This document shows, piece by piece, positions 26,301 to 37,785 of a stretch of 64,000 nt of DNA (position 1 is its first letter; each line of letters begins with the position of its first letter). The position numbers and the translations under genes were made by a program. The notes below the pieces were generated by a model. That model did not search any database, had not been told where the DNA came from, and saw only the letters and a list, made by a program, of their open reading frames with translations. The DNA is from Azolla caroliniana (taxonomy: Eukaryota > Plantae > Polypodiophyta). Location: the NCBI GenBank assembly GCA_043228905.1, contig JBHGNT010000004.1:13702001-13766000 (forward strand), given 5' to 3'.

Positions 26301-26567
26301 TAGTTTATGACTCATATTTAGTGTCAGACGCTCGTGTAAGCATTGAAGTACACAATACTTCTGTTAGTCCTCTTAGGACTCATATAAACAATGTTGTTGA
26401 GCACGTTGTATGTACAGAGAACTATTTTATTTTGCAATAGAATTTTAATGTTCTGCTCCTTCTCGGTCTTTCCCGCATATTATCTCTCTCTCTCTCTCAC
26501 TCTCTCTTTGTTTGTTGCTATCCATCTGAGCCGGTTTGTCTGACACTTCCGCACCCTCGTTTCTATA
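20309..26567 (+). mobile_element. Ale-like copia I (LTRs 20309-20708 and 25652-26567), decayed gag-pol
   Basis: TSD AGGCC and PBS TGGTATTAGAGC at 20709. Full domain order with stops. Inserted in the RNase H motif EA|EY of G1. Confidence 0.92.
25709..26185 (+). mobile_element. Solo LTR of a Tork-like copia, inside the 3' LTR of I
   Basis: TG..CA ends and TSD GATCG (25704-25708 / 26186-26190). The 5' end matches the LTR at 939. Confidence 0.9.
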
Positions 26568-29500
26568 AGGCCGAATATCGAGGGGTGACTGTCGCTACGT
26601 GCGAAGTCATTTGACTGAAACGGTTATTACAGGATCTGCAGGTAGAGGTGTCTGATCCGATGACGATCTATTGTGACAACCTCAGCAGCATCCACCTTGC
26701 GGAAAACCCCGTGTTCCATGCCCAAACCAAGCACATTGAGGTGCATTACCATTTTGTCCACGAGTGGGTCCTTTCAGGTGAAGTCTAATTAGCGTATGTT
26801 CCGATGGATCGGCAGGTTGCCGACATCTTCACCAAGCCTCTTGGTCTCGACAAGTTACGACATTTCTCAGGTGAGCTAGGGTTGCGTCACCTCAACACGC
26901 CGAACTTGAGGGGGAGAAAGGAAGAATAGGAACAAGAGCATGAAAGGAGCGGAGGTGTTCATCACGACAAAAGTAACCGTGATTGGAATCAGATGAAGAA
27001 TTCGATTTCGGGCCGGTTGGAGAAGCCGAAGAAAAGAGCAAGGGCCATAACCGTAGGGAAGAGCTGAGGATAGCCAAATCAGGGGGAGATACAACCAAGA
27101 AGGGTGTAAAGACCAAGACCAAGACATGGTCTGATGTAGTCAAAGCCCTAAAGACAGGAGACGAATTGGAGACAACCAATTCAGATGAGAGCGGAATTGA
27201 ATTGGTAGTGTTTGATTCAATCAGAATGTTTGATTCGGATATGCCAAATCAACTAAAGGTCATGCGGAGAAAAGGGTAGCGAAGGACACGCCGACAAGGC
27301 AGTAGAGAAGGGCCGAATGAGAAGACAAGCCGACCGGAAGGTTTTAGGCGCGTGGAATCGAACAGGATGAGGAGCGCGAGCAAGGCGTGAAGCCAAAAGA
27401 AACCAGAGCAGTGATCTGGAAGAACCAGAAGAGCCTCAAGTTGAGCTTGAGCGGGAGTGTTGAGATACAAGCTCAACATTGGCCGGATCGGCTATGCAAG
27501 CCGAGAACCGGATCGGTTGGGACCGACTGGTTAGGTCGGACCGGTGCATAAACTATTACGCAAACCAGTGCGCAACCGTAGCGGTGCGTAAACTGTGAGG
27601 CTATTAGTATGGTATTCCTCGTAAGGAATAATTTTGGGAGTTAGTGTAGTAGGCTCATTTATGAGCAGTCAATTACTGTCAGTACTTGTGTCAGCCTGAT
27701 AGTCAAGGCTTGTATAAAAGGTGCTCACTGAGCACGAAGAATGTACAGAGCGTCATTATTTTGAAATAGAACTAAGTTGTCTGCTCTCTCTCTGTCTCTC
27801 CATATCCATCTCCATCTTTGTGTTTTCTGAGTTTACCGAACTGTTTTATTTCCGAATTGTGTACACTGTTGTTTACGCACACGCTTCCGAACAAGTATTC
27901 TTTTACATATGAGGACAACAATAAACAAAATTTGACTATTACGACAAGGAGATCGTCTTGCTTCCGCTTTTGCTACAGATTTTCGCCTCCTAGCATGTGA
28001 TATTCTATGGGACGAGGTGACGTTAATGGACCAATTTCGTCAAGGTTTGCACAACGATGTGAAGGATTTACTTTTTACCTTCCATGATGATCCAAAATCT
28101 CTTACTGAAGCAATAAGTCGGGCCGTGCGATGTGACAATCGCTTATTTGAGCGGCGTTCTAAATGCTAACAAATGTTATGCTTCCAACCAACAGAAACAT
28201 ATGCTTTGGTGGTCGCAACTCCATCCCAAGTGTCAAAGCCAAGTTTCAGGTGGAAGGCCCTACTCCAATGGAAATCGAGACAACACAACGTTGAGGACCA
28301 TTATTGGACGCTGAAAAGCAACGACGTCGAGCGAATCATCTATGCCTCTATTGTGGTGGTCCAGGACATATTGTTGTGAAATGTCCACATAAACCATGAA
28401 AACAAGTTAACCAAGTAAGTACCCATGACAAACCCATTTCAATTTCTGCCCCGCCTTCTCGTTGTCAAGACAAAGAGAAAGAGAGAGAGGAAAAGAGATA
28501 CAGTGTTAAGATAGAAAAAGAGAATTGTTAAGAAAGTATTGTATTGCAATACATATAAGATGGAGTACAAAGAGTAGACAATAGGGAGCTATACCTTACC
28601 AGTGATCATGTATGGGCCAAAACGTTGGTAATCCAATTTACCGCAAGGCTGACGAGTCTTGATGTTGTGTTGGAGAAGCCATACACGATCCCCAACATGG
28701 AAATTTTTTTGAGGAATCTATGCGATGACGATCCGCAAGCTTCTTGTGTGTAACTTGAGCATCATGCAAATTGTGAAGAATGGTAGCATGAATTTCTTAG
28801 AGGTGACTAAGACGATCCTCAGCAGTAGGGTTGGTAGGCACTTCTAGATGCGCGTTCATTGTCCACCAAGGATGACGGCCTATATTTGCAAAAAATGGGG
28901 AATATCCCGTAGAAGAATGGACCAAGTTGTTGTAAGAGAATTCAGCCAAGTGCAGAAAATCAACCCAATCATCTTGTTGGTAGTTGATGAAACAACGAAG
29001 ATATTGCTCCAATGTCTGGTTGGTACGCCCCATTTGGCCATTAGTCTCAGGATGATAGCCCGAAGAAAGCTTAGCCGAAATTTGGAGAAGTTTCAGTGTG
29101 TGCTTCCAAAACTTTGAGATAAATTGTGGACCCCGATCACTAATAATATCATCTGGAAGACCATGGTGTTTAAATACCTCCCACATAACTAGATCGACTG
29201 CCTCTTGACTAGTAATAGACTTCGTACATGGCAAGAAATGTGCGATTTTGGTAAGTCGATCAACCACTATGAGAATTGCATCATAACCTTTTGAAATTGG
29301 GAGATCGGTAATGAAATCCAAGGATATAGACTTCCACGGATTTTCCGGAATGGGAAGTGGTTGTAGTAAGCCATAGGATCGGTGTCGAGATCTCTTTGAT
29401 CGACAACATGTATCACAACTGCGAACATACTCCTCAACAAAATGACGACGGTGAGGCCACCAATATTGTCGAGAAATTAATTCTAGAGTTTTGCGTACTC

Positions 29501-30103
29501 CAAAATGTCCAGCCATTGGTGAGTCATGGCAGTGTTGTAAAACTTGTAGTTGCGGGGGACCATCAGGAACATACGATAGGTTTTGTCGAAATAGAAAACC
29601 ACCATGCCAATAGAATTGACGATAATCATTATGAGGGTTTTTCGACTGCGAGCAAGAAGCACAATCTGGGACAATATGATCCAAAACATCCTTGGCGAAT
29701 TCATCAGTGGCCATATGATCTCCAATGGAATCAAGAAGAGTAGAATCTTCAAGTGTTGTTTTGGCATTAACTGTCAGAACCAAGGATAAAAGATAGAGTG
29801 ATGGAAGAAGGATAGAGAAGAATGGATGTATAAGATAGAGAAAGAAAGAGAATGGATACAAGATATGTAATGAGAGCTAAAGACTGGTGTTGATTCGAAT
29901 TGATTTGAGAATACATGTATGCGCTTATTTATAGGTTCCTATTCTGTAGAACATTCTAGAATAATCTAGAGTTTTTACAATAATCAATGTAATACAAGAA
30001 ATAGCTTTTATTGTTTCATATAACAATAAGCTATCTTAATGGTTGAGGTTTTCAAGTATGAATTACAAGGTTCGAGGTTCAAGTCCGGGTGACGCCATAA
30101 TGG

Positions 30104-30948
30104 TCATGTGTTCATGACACTATCCCTCCTTCGAGAACGCCGAGTGGAAGTCGGCGTTAACATTGTTGGGCCGGGCTTGTTTGGATAGTGACGATGGAAG
30201 TCGTTGACCAGAGCTTCAGCATTACAAACGTTATCGATGGGTTCCCAAGTGCGATCACTCGGAGGATAACCAAGCCAATCAACTAGATAATAAAGCTTAT
30301 TGCGCACAATCTTAGAATTGAGAATAGCAGCTACCTCGTATTCGGGGCCGTCCACAAGTTGTACAGAAGGCGGTGGTGGCACGACACAATTAGGAATTAA
30401 AGAGGTGTGGCAAGGTTCCAAAAGAGAGCTATGAAAGACAGGGTGAAGCCGCATATGTGCAGGAAGGTTAAGACGAAATGTTGCATCATTAATCTGCGCC
30501 GTGATGACAAAAGGACCTAAGCGTTGATAGTCAAGCTTAGCACACGATCGGGTAGTCTTGATGTGACGATGAAGAAACCATACACGGTCACCAACCTTAA
30601 ACGGAGACTTAAGACGATGTCGATCGGCATTGGTCTTATGGTGTGCTTGCGCTTTCTGAAGATGTGACGATAACTCGAACTGGATTTGTTGTAGTCGGTG
30701 GAGGTGATGCGCCGCACTAGGGTTTCGTGACACCTCGGGAAGATCCAGTATACACCATCGAGGGTGGTTGCCGGTGTAGGCAAAGAAAGGTGTAACTTTG
30801 GTAGAAGAGTGGACCGTGTTGTTGTATGCAAACTCGGCAAGATGTAAAATTTTACTCCAATCATCTTGTTGATAACTAATGAAACATCGAAGATATTGCT
30901 CGAGCATTTGATTTGTGCGCTCTGTTTGTCCATCAGTTTGGAAGGATA
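30104..30948 (-). pseudogene. Integrase C-terminal part + chromodomain of B
   Basis: QTDGQTERTNQ, GPF motif and YEVAAILNSKIVRNKLYYLVDWLGYPPSDRTWEP. The stop codon lies within the LTR. Confidence 0.9.
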
Positions 30949-31440
30949 ATCCTGAGTTCGATCCTTGATAATGATATTTTCTGCTAAAGGGCACCTAATT
31001 TCTCGCTTCCTCCAATCGATTCTAGGGTTATGTAGCTCGAACCATGGCAAATCGAGGACAATTGGATGCTCAGGACTACGGATTATGTTAAAGGAAACTA
31101 CACATCCTAAATCACCCAAGAGTATGTGTATTGGCTCAGACTCTTCAAATATCTTCCCGGAAGCTATGGGGCGTCCATCAATCACTACTACAGAAACTGG
31201 ACAAGGAAGTGTATGCAAGGATATTTGGTTGTTTTTGGGCAAAATCTCTATCCATGAAACAAGAATTGGCTCCAGTATCTAAGAGGGCTTGGACTTGAAG
31301 TCGACAACTGGGTGTCCTAACTTGTACTAGGGCTGAGAAGACTCTACTAACATGCTTGGAAGAAATGGAACCCACACTAGGTTGTACATATCTAGGGTTG
31401 TCCAACCAAATGGCTCCTATTTTGGCCAGACTTATTCGTT
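30949..31440 (-). pseudogene. Aspartic protease of B (frameshifted)
   Basis: ALLDTGANSCFMD..VIDGRPI..LPWFELHNPRIDW. Confidence 0.88.
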
Positions 31441-33067
31441 TGACTCCTCTTCTAATTGGCTTAGGACTACAAATTTATTGGACAAGGGTGGATTATTCAT
31501 AATATTAGATTCACTAACTACTTCTAAAATGTTGGACTCATTTTTATTGTCATAGTGAATTTGATTTACCTGACGTCTCAGCCTACGGGAGCAATGAATG
31601 GCTATATGTCCTGGACCTCCACAATATAAGCACAGATGGTTTGCTCGACGATGTTGCTTCTCTTCGTCTGACAACGGTCCTCGTCGTTGAGTCATATCGA
31701 TCTCCATGGGTGTAGGACTATCCATTGGGACTGGACTACGTGTTTGCCTTGGAGTTGGAGCATGGCTATACATTTGCCTTGGGGATGATTGCGCCGTTAC
31801 TGATGCATAAGTTGGTGTGAATCTAGATCTTGTTATTTGTTGTTGTCGCTCACATCGACGCTCAAAAAGGCGATTATCACACCGTATTGCTCGACTAATA
31901 GCTTCTGTAAGTGACCTTGGATCCTCGGGGAAGGTAAGAAGTAAGTCTTTGACATCACTACGAAGGCCTGAACGGAATTGCTCCATTAGGGCTTGTTCAT
32001 CCCAAGGAATATCGCTTGCGATGAGACGGAAATTGGCAGCATATGTTGAAGCTGGTTGATCACCTTGACGAAGTGTACGAATCTTGTTGATAGTTGTTCT
32101 CGCCCCATCAGTATCTCCGAAACAAGCCTTAAATTCCTTGATAAATTCCTCGAAATTATTCAGTAGAGGAGAATTGGTCTCTAGCAATGGAGCAAACCAC
32201 GACAACGCTATGCCAGTCAATAAAGTGCCCACTAGCCCGACTCGTGGTGCATCTGTTGGATAACGTGCGGGATGCATTTGAATCACCAACCGTACTTGAT
32301 TCAAAAAACCTCGGAAATGCGCCCTCGACACATCAAATTTAGCTGGGAGGCTAATTTTGGGCTCCTTGATAAGTCCCTGACCTTCTGTTGAAAAACAGTG
32401 CTCGGCCACAACCGAGGAATGGGATCAACTCACAGAAAACAGGAAATAGAAAATGCACAAAACAATAGAGAGAAAGGTACACTGGATGTTTTACGTGGAA
32501 AACCCTAAATGGGAAAAACCACGGGAGTCCTCAAACTCCAACTATCACTATGAACAGGGATGTACACTGGTGAAGCTACAAGGCAACAACCTTGAGCTCA
32601 CTGTCTTCGCCACAGGCGGCGGTAATACACAGAGGCAACGACCTCTTCGTCTCTCACTCTCTCTCTCGGCTGCTCTCACTTCTCATGAAAAATGAGCAAC
32701 AACGTAAAACTGTTTGCCCTAAGTCATATTTATACACATATGACTTTCGGGCTATTTACAAATATAGCCTCAAGGGCTCTTGGCAAACATATTCACAAAT
32801 ATGTCTCCGCATCCGGATCTCTCTCCGGGTACATTCATCATCCGGTTCCGTAACCGGGGTCTTCATCATCCGGCTCCGTAGCCGGGGTCTTCATCATCCG
32901 GTTCCGTAACCGGGGTCTTCATCATCCGGCTCCGTAACCGGGGTCTTCATCATTCGGTTCCGTAACCGGGGTCTTCATCATCCGGTTCCGTAACCGCAAC
33001 CGGGCTTGCCGTCATTCATCTCCGGACATCCCATCCGGAGGGACCGAAATCCCAACAAACTCCCCCT

Positions 33068-36000
33068 TCACTTCGGCATGGGATGTCTCTCCAGTCCGAT
33101 CCTCTTCCGGCATGCTTCCAGCTTGTCGGGTGTGAGCACCTTGGTCAGCATATCTGACCCGTTCTCGTCCGTGTGGACCTTCGTCAGCTCGAACTCCTTG
33201 TCTTCTATCCTTTCCCGGATCCAGTGATATCTTCGCTGGATGTGCTTCGTCCGGGAGTGATAAGCCGCGTTCTTCGCAAGGTGGATGGCACTCTGACTGT
33301 CGCAGTAGAGTCGGTACTCCTCCTGCTGGATACCGAGCTCTCTAATGAAGTCCTTCATCCATATTATTTCCTTGCCGGCTTCAACAGCTGCCATGTACTC
33401 CGCCTCCGTGGTTGACAACGCAACCGTCTTCTGCAGCCTCGACTGCCACGAAACGGCTCCCCCTGCATAGGTCATCACATACCCTGATGTGGACCGGCTG
33501 GTATCTGCATCAGCCGACATATCCGAATCGGTGAAGCCGTCGAGTTCAGGCTTACCGGAGCCGAATCGGAGGCACACGTTTGCCGTGCCCTTCAGGTATC
33601 GGAGTATCCACTTGACCGCGTTCCAATGCTCTTTGCCGGGATTGCTCATGTACCGGCTCACCACTCCGACTGCGTATCCAATGTCTGGTCTTGTACACAC
33701 CATTGCGTACATCAAGCTTCCGACAGCAGAGGCATATGGTACTTTCATCATGTCCTCTTTCTCAGCCTTTGTCCTGGGGCTTTGCTTGCTGGACAGCTTG
33801 CAGTTTGCCGGGAGGGTTGATCCGACCGGTCTTGCTTCCGACATGTTGAACCGTTGAAGCACCTTTGTCACGTACTTCTCCTGTGACAGCCACAACTGCT
33901 TCTTGCTCCGGTCCCGGATGATGTGCATCCCTAGTATTTGTCTCGCCGGACCCAAGTCCTTCATTGAGAAGGTTCGGTGAAGAGCCTTCTTCAGCATCCG
34001 TATCTTGACCTGGTCCCGTCCGACGATCAACATGTCGTCCACGTACAAGAGGAGTATTAGAGAGTCTCCTCCTTCGAACTTCTTCACAAACACGCAGTGG
34101 TCAGACTGCGTTTTGTGGTACCCTTCGTCGGTCATGAAGGAGTCGAACTTCCGGTACCATTGCCGGGGAGCCTGCTTCAGTCCGTAAAGGCTCTTCTTCA
34201 ACCGGCATACCAGGTGCTCCTTCCCTTTCTTCTCGAATCCTTCCGGTTGCTGCATGTAGATCTCTTCTTCGAGGTCACCGTGAAGGAATGCCGTCTTCAC
34301 GTCCATCTGTTCTACCTCGAGGTCCATGCTTGCTGCTATGCTCAGCACCGTCCGGATGGAGGTCATCTTCACTACCGGGGCAAATATCTCGTCGAAGTTG
34401 ACGCCCTTCTTCTGCTGGAACCCCTTCACCACGATCCTGGCTTTGTATCTCGGGGGGTTTCCGGCATCTCCCGGTTTCAGCTTGAACACCCACTTGTTTC
34501 GAAGTGCCCGCTTTCCTTTCGGCAACTCCACAAGTTCATATGTGTGATTCTCATGCAGGGAATCCATCTCGTCCTGCATGGCACTCAACCACCTGCGGCT
34601 CTGGGTGTCATGTTTTGCTTCTTCAAAACTTTCCGGCTCCCCCTCGTCTGTTAGCAGCACGTGCTCTGGTTCCGGAAATCTCCGGGGGGCCCTTCTCTCT
34701 CTTAGAGGATATCTCCGTTCGGGAGCTTCGGTAACCGGTTCTTCCGATTCTTCTTCTTCATCGGAATCCATTTCGGGATCGGGGCCGGTTCCGGTATCAT
34801 TTTCATCTTCTTCGGCCGGTTCTGTTTCTTCACCGTCTTCGGCCGGATCCTCGAGTGCTAACCGGTCCCTTGCCGGTCGGGACTGCTCCTCGTAGAGTTG
34901 ATCCTCACCGGTCGACTTTGAGCTCTTCATCTTCTTCTCCGACTCCCAGTCGGCGAGTGTCTTGTCCTCCATGAAGATGATGTCTCGACTCCTGAATATC
35001 TTCTTGTCGACCGGGTCCCATACTCGGTAGCCGAACTCGTCGTCACCGTAACCGAGGAATATGCATGGCCGGGTCTTTGGATCTAGCTTTCCTCTCCGGT
35101 CCTTTGCCACATGCACGTATGCGAGACACCCGAACACCTTCAGATGCCGGTAGGATACTTCCCTACCGGTCCACACTCTCTGCGGCGTGTCTCCGTCCAA
35201 AGGTACTGAGGGTGATCTGTTTATCACGTATGTCGCCGTCGACATCGCCTCAGCCCAAAACCCCTTGGGTAATTTCGCATGCGCCAACATACTCCGGACC
35301 CTCTCCATTATGGTCCGGTTCATCCTCTCGGCCAGCCCGTTCAGTTCCGGCGTCTTCGGCACAGTAAACTCGAGCCGGATTCCCTTCGAGCGACAGTACT
35401 CCTGGAACTGCCCCCGGTATTCCCCTCCGTTATCCGCTCGTATCGCTTTCAGCTTCTTGCCGGATTCCCTTTCCACTCTCGCGTGGAGTTCTTTGAAGAC
35501 GGACAACACTTGGTCCTTTGTCTTCAACGGTGCCGTCCACAGCTTCCGGCTGTGGTCATCAATGAATGTCACGAAGTACTGGGCTCCGCCATGTGACTTC
35601 GTTTCTACCTGACACACATCAGTGTGCACCAGCTCCAATGGTGCGCTACGTCTCGTCGGTGGCCTTGAGTGGAAGGAGGTCCGGTTTTGCTTACCGGCCA
35701 GGCAGTCGGTGCACTTCTCCAGGTGCACATGCTTCACTGGAATAAGGTTGTCTTCTGCAAGCCTCTTCATCCCCTTCTCACTCATGTGGCACAGTCTCTT
35801 GTGCCACAGCTCACCGGCAGTGTCGGCTGCCACGTTCAGCTCCTCCGGACAGAGCCGGGAATTCATCAGGTACAGGGTGTTGACCTTCCGGGCCCGAGCC
35901 ACTATCAGGCTCCCTTTGCTGAACTTCATGACACCGTTCCGGATGCTACCCGTGTAGCCTTCATCGTCTAGCCTCCCGGCCGAAATCAGGTTCAATCGAA

Positions 36001-37144
36001 CCTCCGGAACGTGTCGAACATCCTTCAGCAGCATTTTGCATCCGGTCGGGGTTGTCAACCACACGTCTCCTATGCCGGCAATCCGGCACGTACCTTCATT
36101 CCCCATCCGAACACAGCCATGCTCACCGGCTGTGTAGGATGAGAAGTATCTTCTCTCCGGGGTCAGGTGGAACGATGCTCCGGAATCGACCACCCAGGTC
36201 GTCTCATCGCCGGCTACGTTTAGTTCACCTTCTTCGGTGATGAGCATGATTTCTTCCTCACTTGCCGCGAGTGCCGTTGTTCCTTTCCGGTCCTGCCCTC
36301 GCCGATCCGAACCTCTCCGGTCCGTGGCTCCCCGGTATGCACCGTTTCTCTCCGGTGACTTCTTCGAATCGGTGTCGTCGGCTCCGTTGTCCTTTCGGTA
36401 ATGTCGACAATTCTTCCGGAAGTGCCCCGGCTTCCCACAGTGGAAGCATGTGGGCCTTCCTCTTGACTGCGACCGGGTCCCCGACTTCTCTCGTCTTTGC
36501 GGACTCCGGTGCCATTGTCTTCCCCGATCCGATTCGGTAAGCAGCGCCTTCGAGTCGGAGACCGGTTCTTTATCTCTCCGACGCGCTTCTTCGTTCAAAA
36601 TACTTGTCTTTACCGTTTGTAGGGACAAGTTATCTTCCGTGCAGGAGGTGCTGAGAGTCACCACCAAGTTCTCCCAGCTTTCCGGCAATGTACACATCAG
36701 GATGATGGCTTGCATTGCATCCTCCAACGGGAACTTGATCGCCGCAAGCTGGTTCACGAATCCCATGAACGTGCTTACGTGTTCCACCATACTTTCGCCG
36801 TCCCGGTACTTGAGGTTCACTATCTTTCTCATCAGGGAGGTCCGGTTCAACGCATTCTTCCTCTCGTAGAGGCCCGACAGCTTCCTCCACATCTCATATG
36901 CGTTGGTGTCGTTCGCCACGTGTTGTAGAACGCTCACGTCGACGTATTGCCGAATGGTTGCAACGGCTTTCCGGTTCAGAAGCCTCCACTCCGTCTCAAG
37001 TACCCCCTTGGGTATTTCCGACCTGTCGATCGGTTCATACAGGTCCCGAACAATGAGCAGATCCTCCATCTTTATCTTCCAGTCGGCGTAGTTCTGCGCG
37101 TTCAGCACCATCATGCCCGGAGGCCCACTACCGCCGCCTTCCAT
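33068..37144 (-). CDS. gag-pol: Copia Gag-Pol polyprotein (1358 aa from MEGGG)
   Basis: Uninterrupted ORF: CFHCGKPGHFRKNC, WVVDSGAS, HKRLCH..CTDC, DDE integrase, YVDDML RT and RNase H. Confidence 0.97.
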   Translation of the reverse strand: MEGGGSGPPGMMVLNAQNYADWKIKMEDLLIVRDLYEPIDRSEIPKGVLETEWRLLNRKAVATIRQYVDVSVLQHVANDTNAYEMWRKLSGLYERKNALNRTSLMRKIVNLKYRDGESMVEHVSTFMGFVNQLAAIKFPLEDAMQAIILMCTLPESWENLVVTLSTSCTEDNLSLQTVKTSILNEEARRRDKEPVSDSKALLTESDRGRQWHRSPQRREKSGTRSQSRGRPTCFHCGKPGHFRKNCRHYRKDNGADDTDSKKSPERNGAYRGATDRRGSDRRGQDRKGTTALAASEEEIMLITEEGELNVAGDETTWVVDSGASFHLTPERRYFSSYTAGEHGCVRMGNEGTCRIAGIGDVWLTTPTGCKMLLKDVRHVPEVRLNLISAGRLDDEGYTGSIRNGVMKFSKGSLIVARARKVNTLYLMNSRLCPEELNVAADTAGELWHKRLCHMSEKGMKRLAEDNLIPVKHVHLEKCTDCLAGKQNRTSFHSRPPTRRSAPLELVHTDVCQVETKSHGGAQYFVTFIDDHSRKLWTAPLKTKDQVLSVFKELHARVERESGKKLKAIRADNGGEYRGQFQEYCRSKGIRLEFTVPKTPELNGLAERMNRTIMERVRSMLAHAKLPKGFWAEAMSTATYVINRSPSVPLDGDTPQRVWTGREVSYRHLKVFGCLAYVHVAKDRRGKLDPKTRPCIFLGYGDDEFGYRVWDPVDKKIFRSRDIIFMEDKTLADWESEKKMKSSKSTGEDQLYEEQSRPARDRLALEDPAEDGEETEPAEEDENDTGTGPDPEMDSDEEEESEEPVTEAPERRYPLRERRAPRRFPEPEHVLLTDEGEPESFEEAKHDTQSRRWLSAMQDEMDSLHENHTYELVELPKGKRALRNKWVFKLKPGDAGNPPRYKARIVVKGFQQKKGVNFDEIFAPVVKMTSIRTVLSIAASMDLEVEQMDVKTAFLHGDLEEEIYMQQPEGFEKKGKEHLVCRLKKSLYGLKQAPRQWYRKFDSFMTDEGYHKTQSDHCVFVKKFEGGDSLILLLYVDDMLIVGRDQVKIRMLKKALHRTFSMKDLGPARQILGMHIIRDRSKKQLWLSQEKYVTKVLQRFNMSEARPVGSTLPANCKLSSKQSPRTKAEKEDMMKVPYASAVGSLMYAMVCTRPDIGYAVGVVSRYMSNPGKEHWNAVKWILRYLKGTANVCLRFGSGKPELDGFTDSDMSADADTSRSTSGYVMTYAGGAVSWQSRLQKTVALSTTEAEYMAAVEAGKEIIWMKDFIRELGIQQEEYRLYCDSQSAIHLAKNAAYHSRTKHIQRRYHWIRERIEDKEFELTKVHTDENGSDMLTKVLTPDKLEACRKRIGLERHPMPK

Positions 37145-37624
37145 TTTCTGTGTTACCGTCGCTCTGATACCAGTTTGTTGAAAAACAGTGCTCGGCCACA
37201 ACCGAGGAATGGGATCAACTCACAGAAAACAGGAAATAGAAAATGCACAAAACAATAGAGAGAAAGGTACACTGGATGTTTTACGTGGAAAACCCTAAAT
37301 GGGAAAAACCACGGGAGTCCTCAAACTCCAACTATCACTATGAACAGGGATGTACACTGGTGAAGCTACAAGGCAACAACCTTGAGCTCACTGTCTTCGC
37401 CACAGGCGGCGGTAATACACAGAGGCAACGACCTCTTCGTCTCTCACTCTCTCTCTCGGCTGCTCTCACTTCTCATGAAAAATGAGCAACAACGTAAAAC
37501 TGTTTGCCCTAAGTCATATTTATACACATATGACTTTCGGGCTATTTACAAATATAGCCTCAAGGGCTCTTGGCAAACATATTCACAAATATGTCTCCGC
37601 ATCCGGATCTCTCTCCGGGTACAT

Positions 37625-37785
37625 TCATCATCCGGTTCCGTAACCGGGGTCTTCATCATCCGGCTCCGTAGCCGGGGTCTTCATCATCCGGTTCCGTAAC
37701 CGGGGTCTTCATCATCCGGCTCCGTAACCGGGGTCTTCATCATCCGGTTCCGTAACCGGGGTCTTCATCATCCGGTTCCGTAACC
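37625..37785. repeat. 28-bp tandem array (~6 copies) in U3; same array at ~32835-32995
   Basis: CCGGGGTCTTCATCATCCGG(T/C)TCCGTA(A/G) with a period of 28 (37644, 37672, ...). Confidence 0.93.

Larger units (their letters stand above)
11949..27907 (+). mobile_element. Ale-like copia G1 (LTRs 11949-12411 and 27458-27907), host to H and I
   Basis: TSD TATGA, PBS TGGTATCGGAGC (tRNAiMet) at 12412, gag-PR-IN-RT-RH remnants from 12522 and a PPT before 27458. The lineage name is by motif resemblance only. Confidence 0.92.
11458..28460 (+). pseudogene. gag: gag of chromovirus A, split by element G1 (11458-11948 + 27908-28460)
   Basis: Coiled-coil N-terminus and KEPKISLPAKFDGTRSQFRGFLNQV. After G1 it resumes [40 protein letters not shown]. 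Homologous to gag of B. Confidence 0.85.

Noticed and set aside
28797-29861. Signal-peptide/TM-bearing integrase (MYPFSFFLYLIHPFF..), env-like
   Set aside because: The hydrophobic N-terminus is read-through from the CT-rich U5 of B's LTR into C's integrase.
30025-30097. Functional tRNA gene in the LTR of B (ends in ..CGCCA)
   Set aside because: The acceptor stem does not pair and the T-stem is mismatched. Only the A/B boxes and their spacing are supported.
32835-32995. 28-bp and 40-bp (1012-1140) arrays as CRISPR-like repeats
   Set aside because: Head-to-tail repeats with no unique spacers, located inside LTR U3, and no cas genes in this eukaryotic context.
37145-37201. 19-aa N-terminal extension of the 1377-aa ORF call
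   Set aside because: It begins at a non-ATG codon inside the LTR and crosses the PBS. The ATG at 37144 is the plausible start.
33173-37258. Many plus-strand ORFs opposite the intact gag-pol, and similar antisense ORFs elsewhere
   Set aside because: Shadow frames of GC-rich coding sequence with no recognisable motifs.
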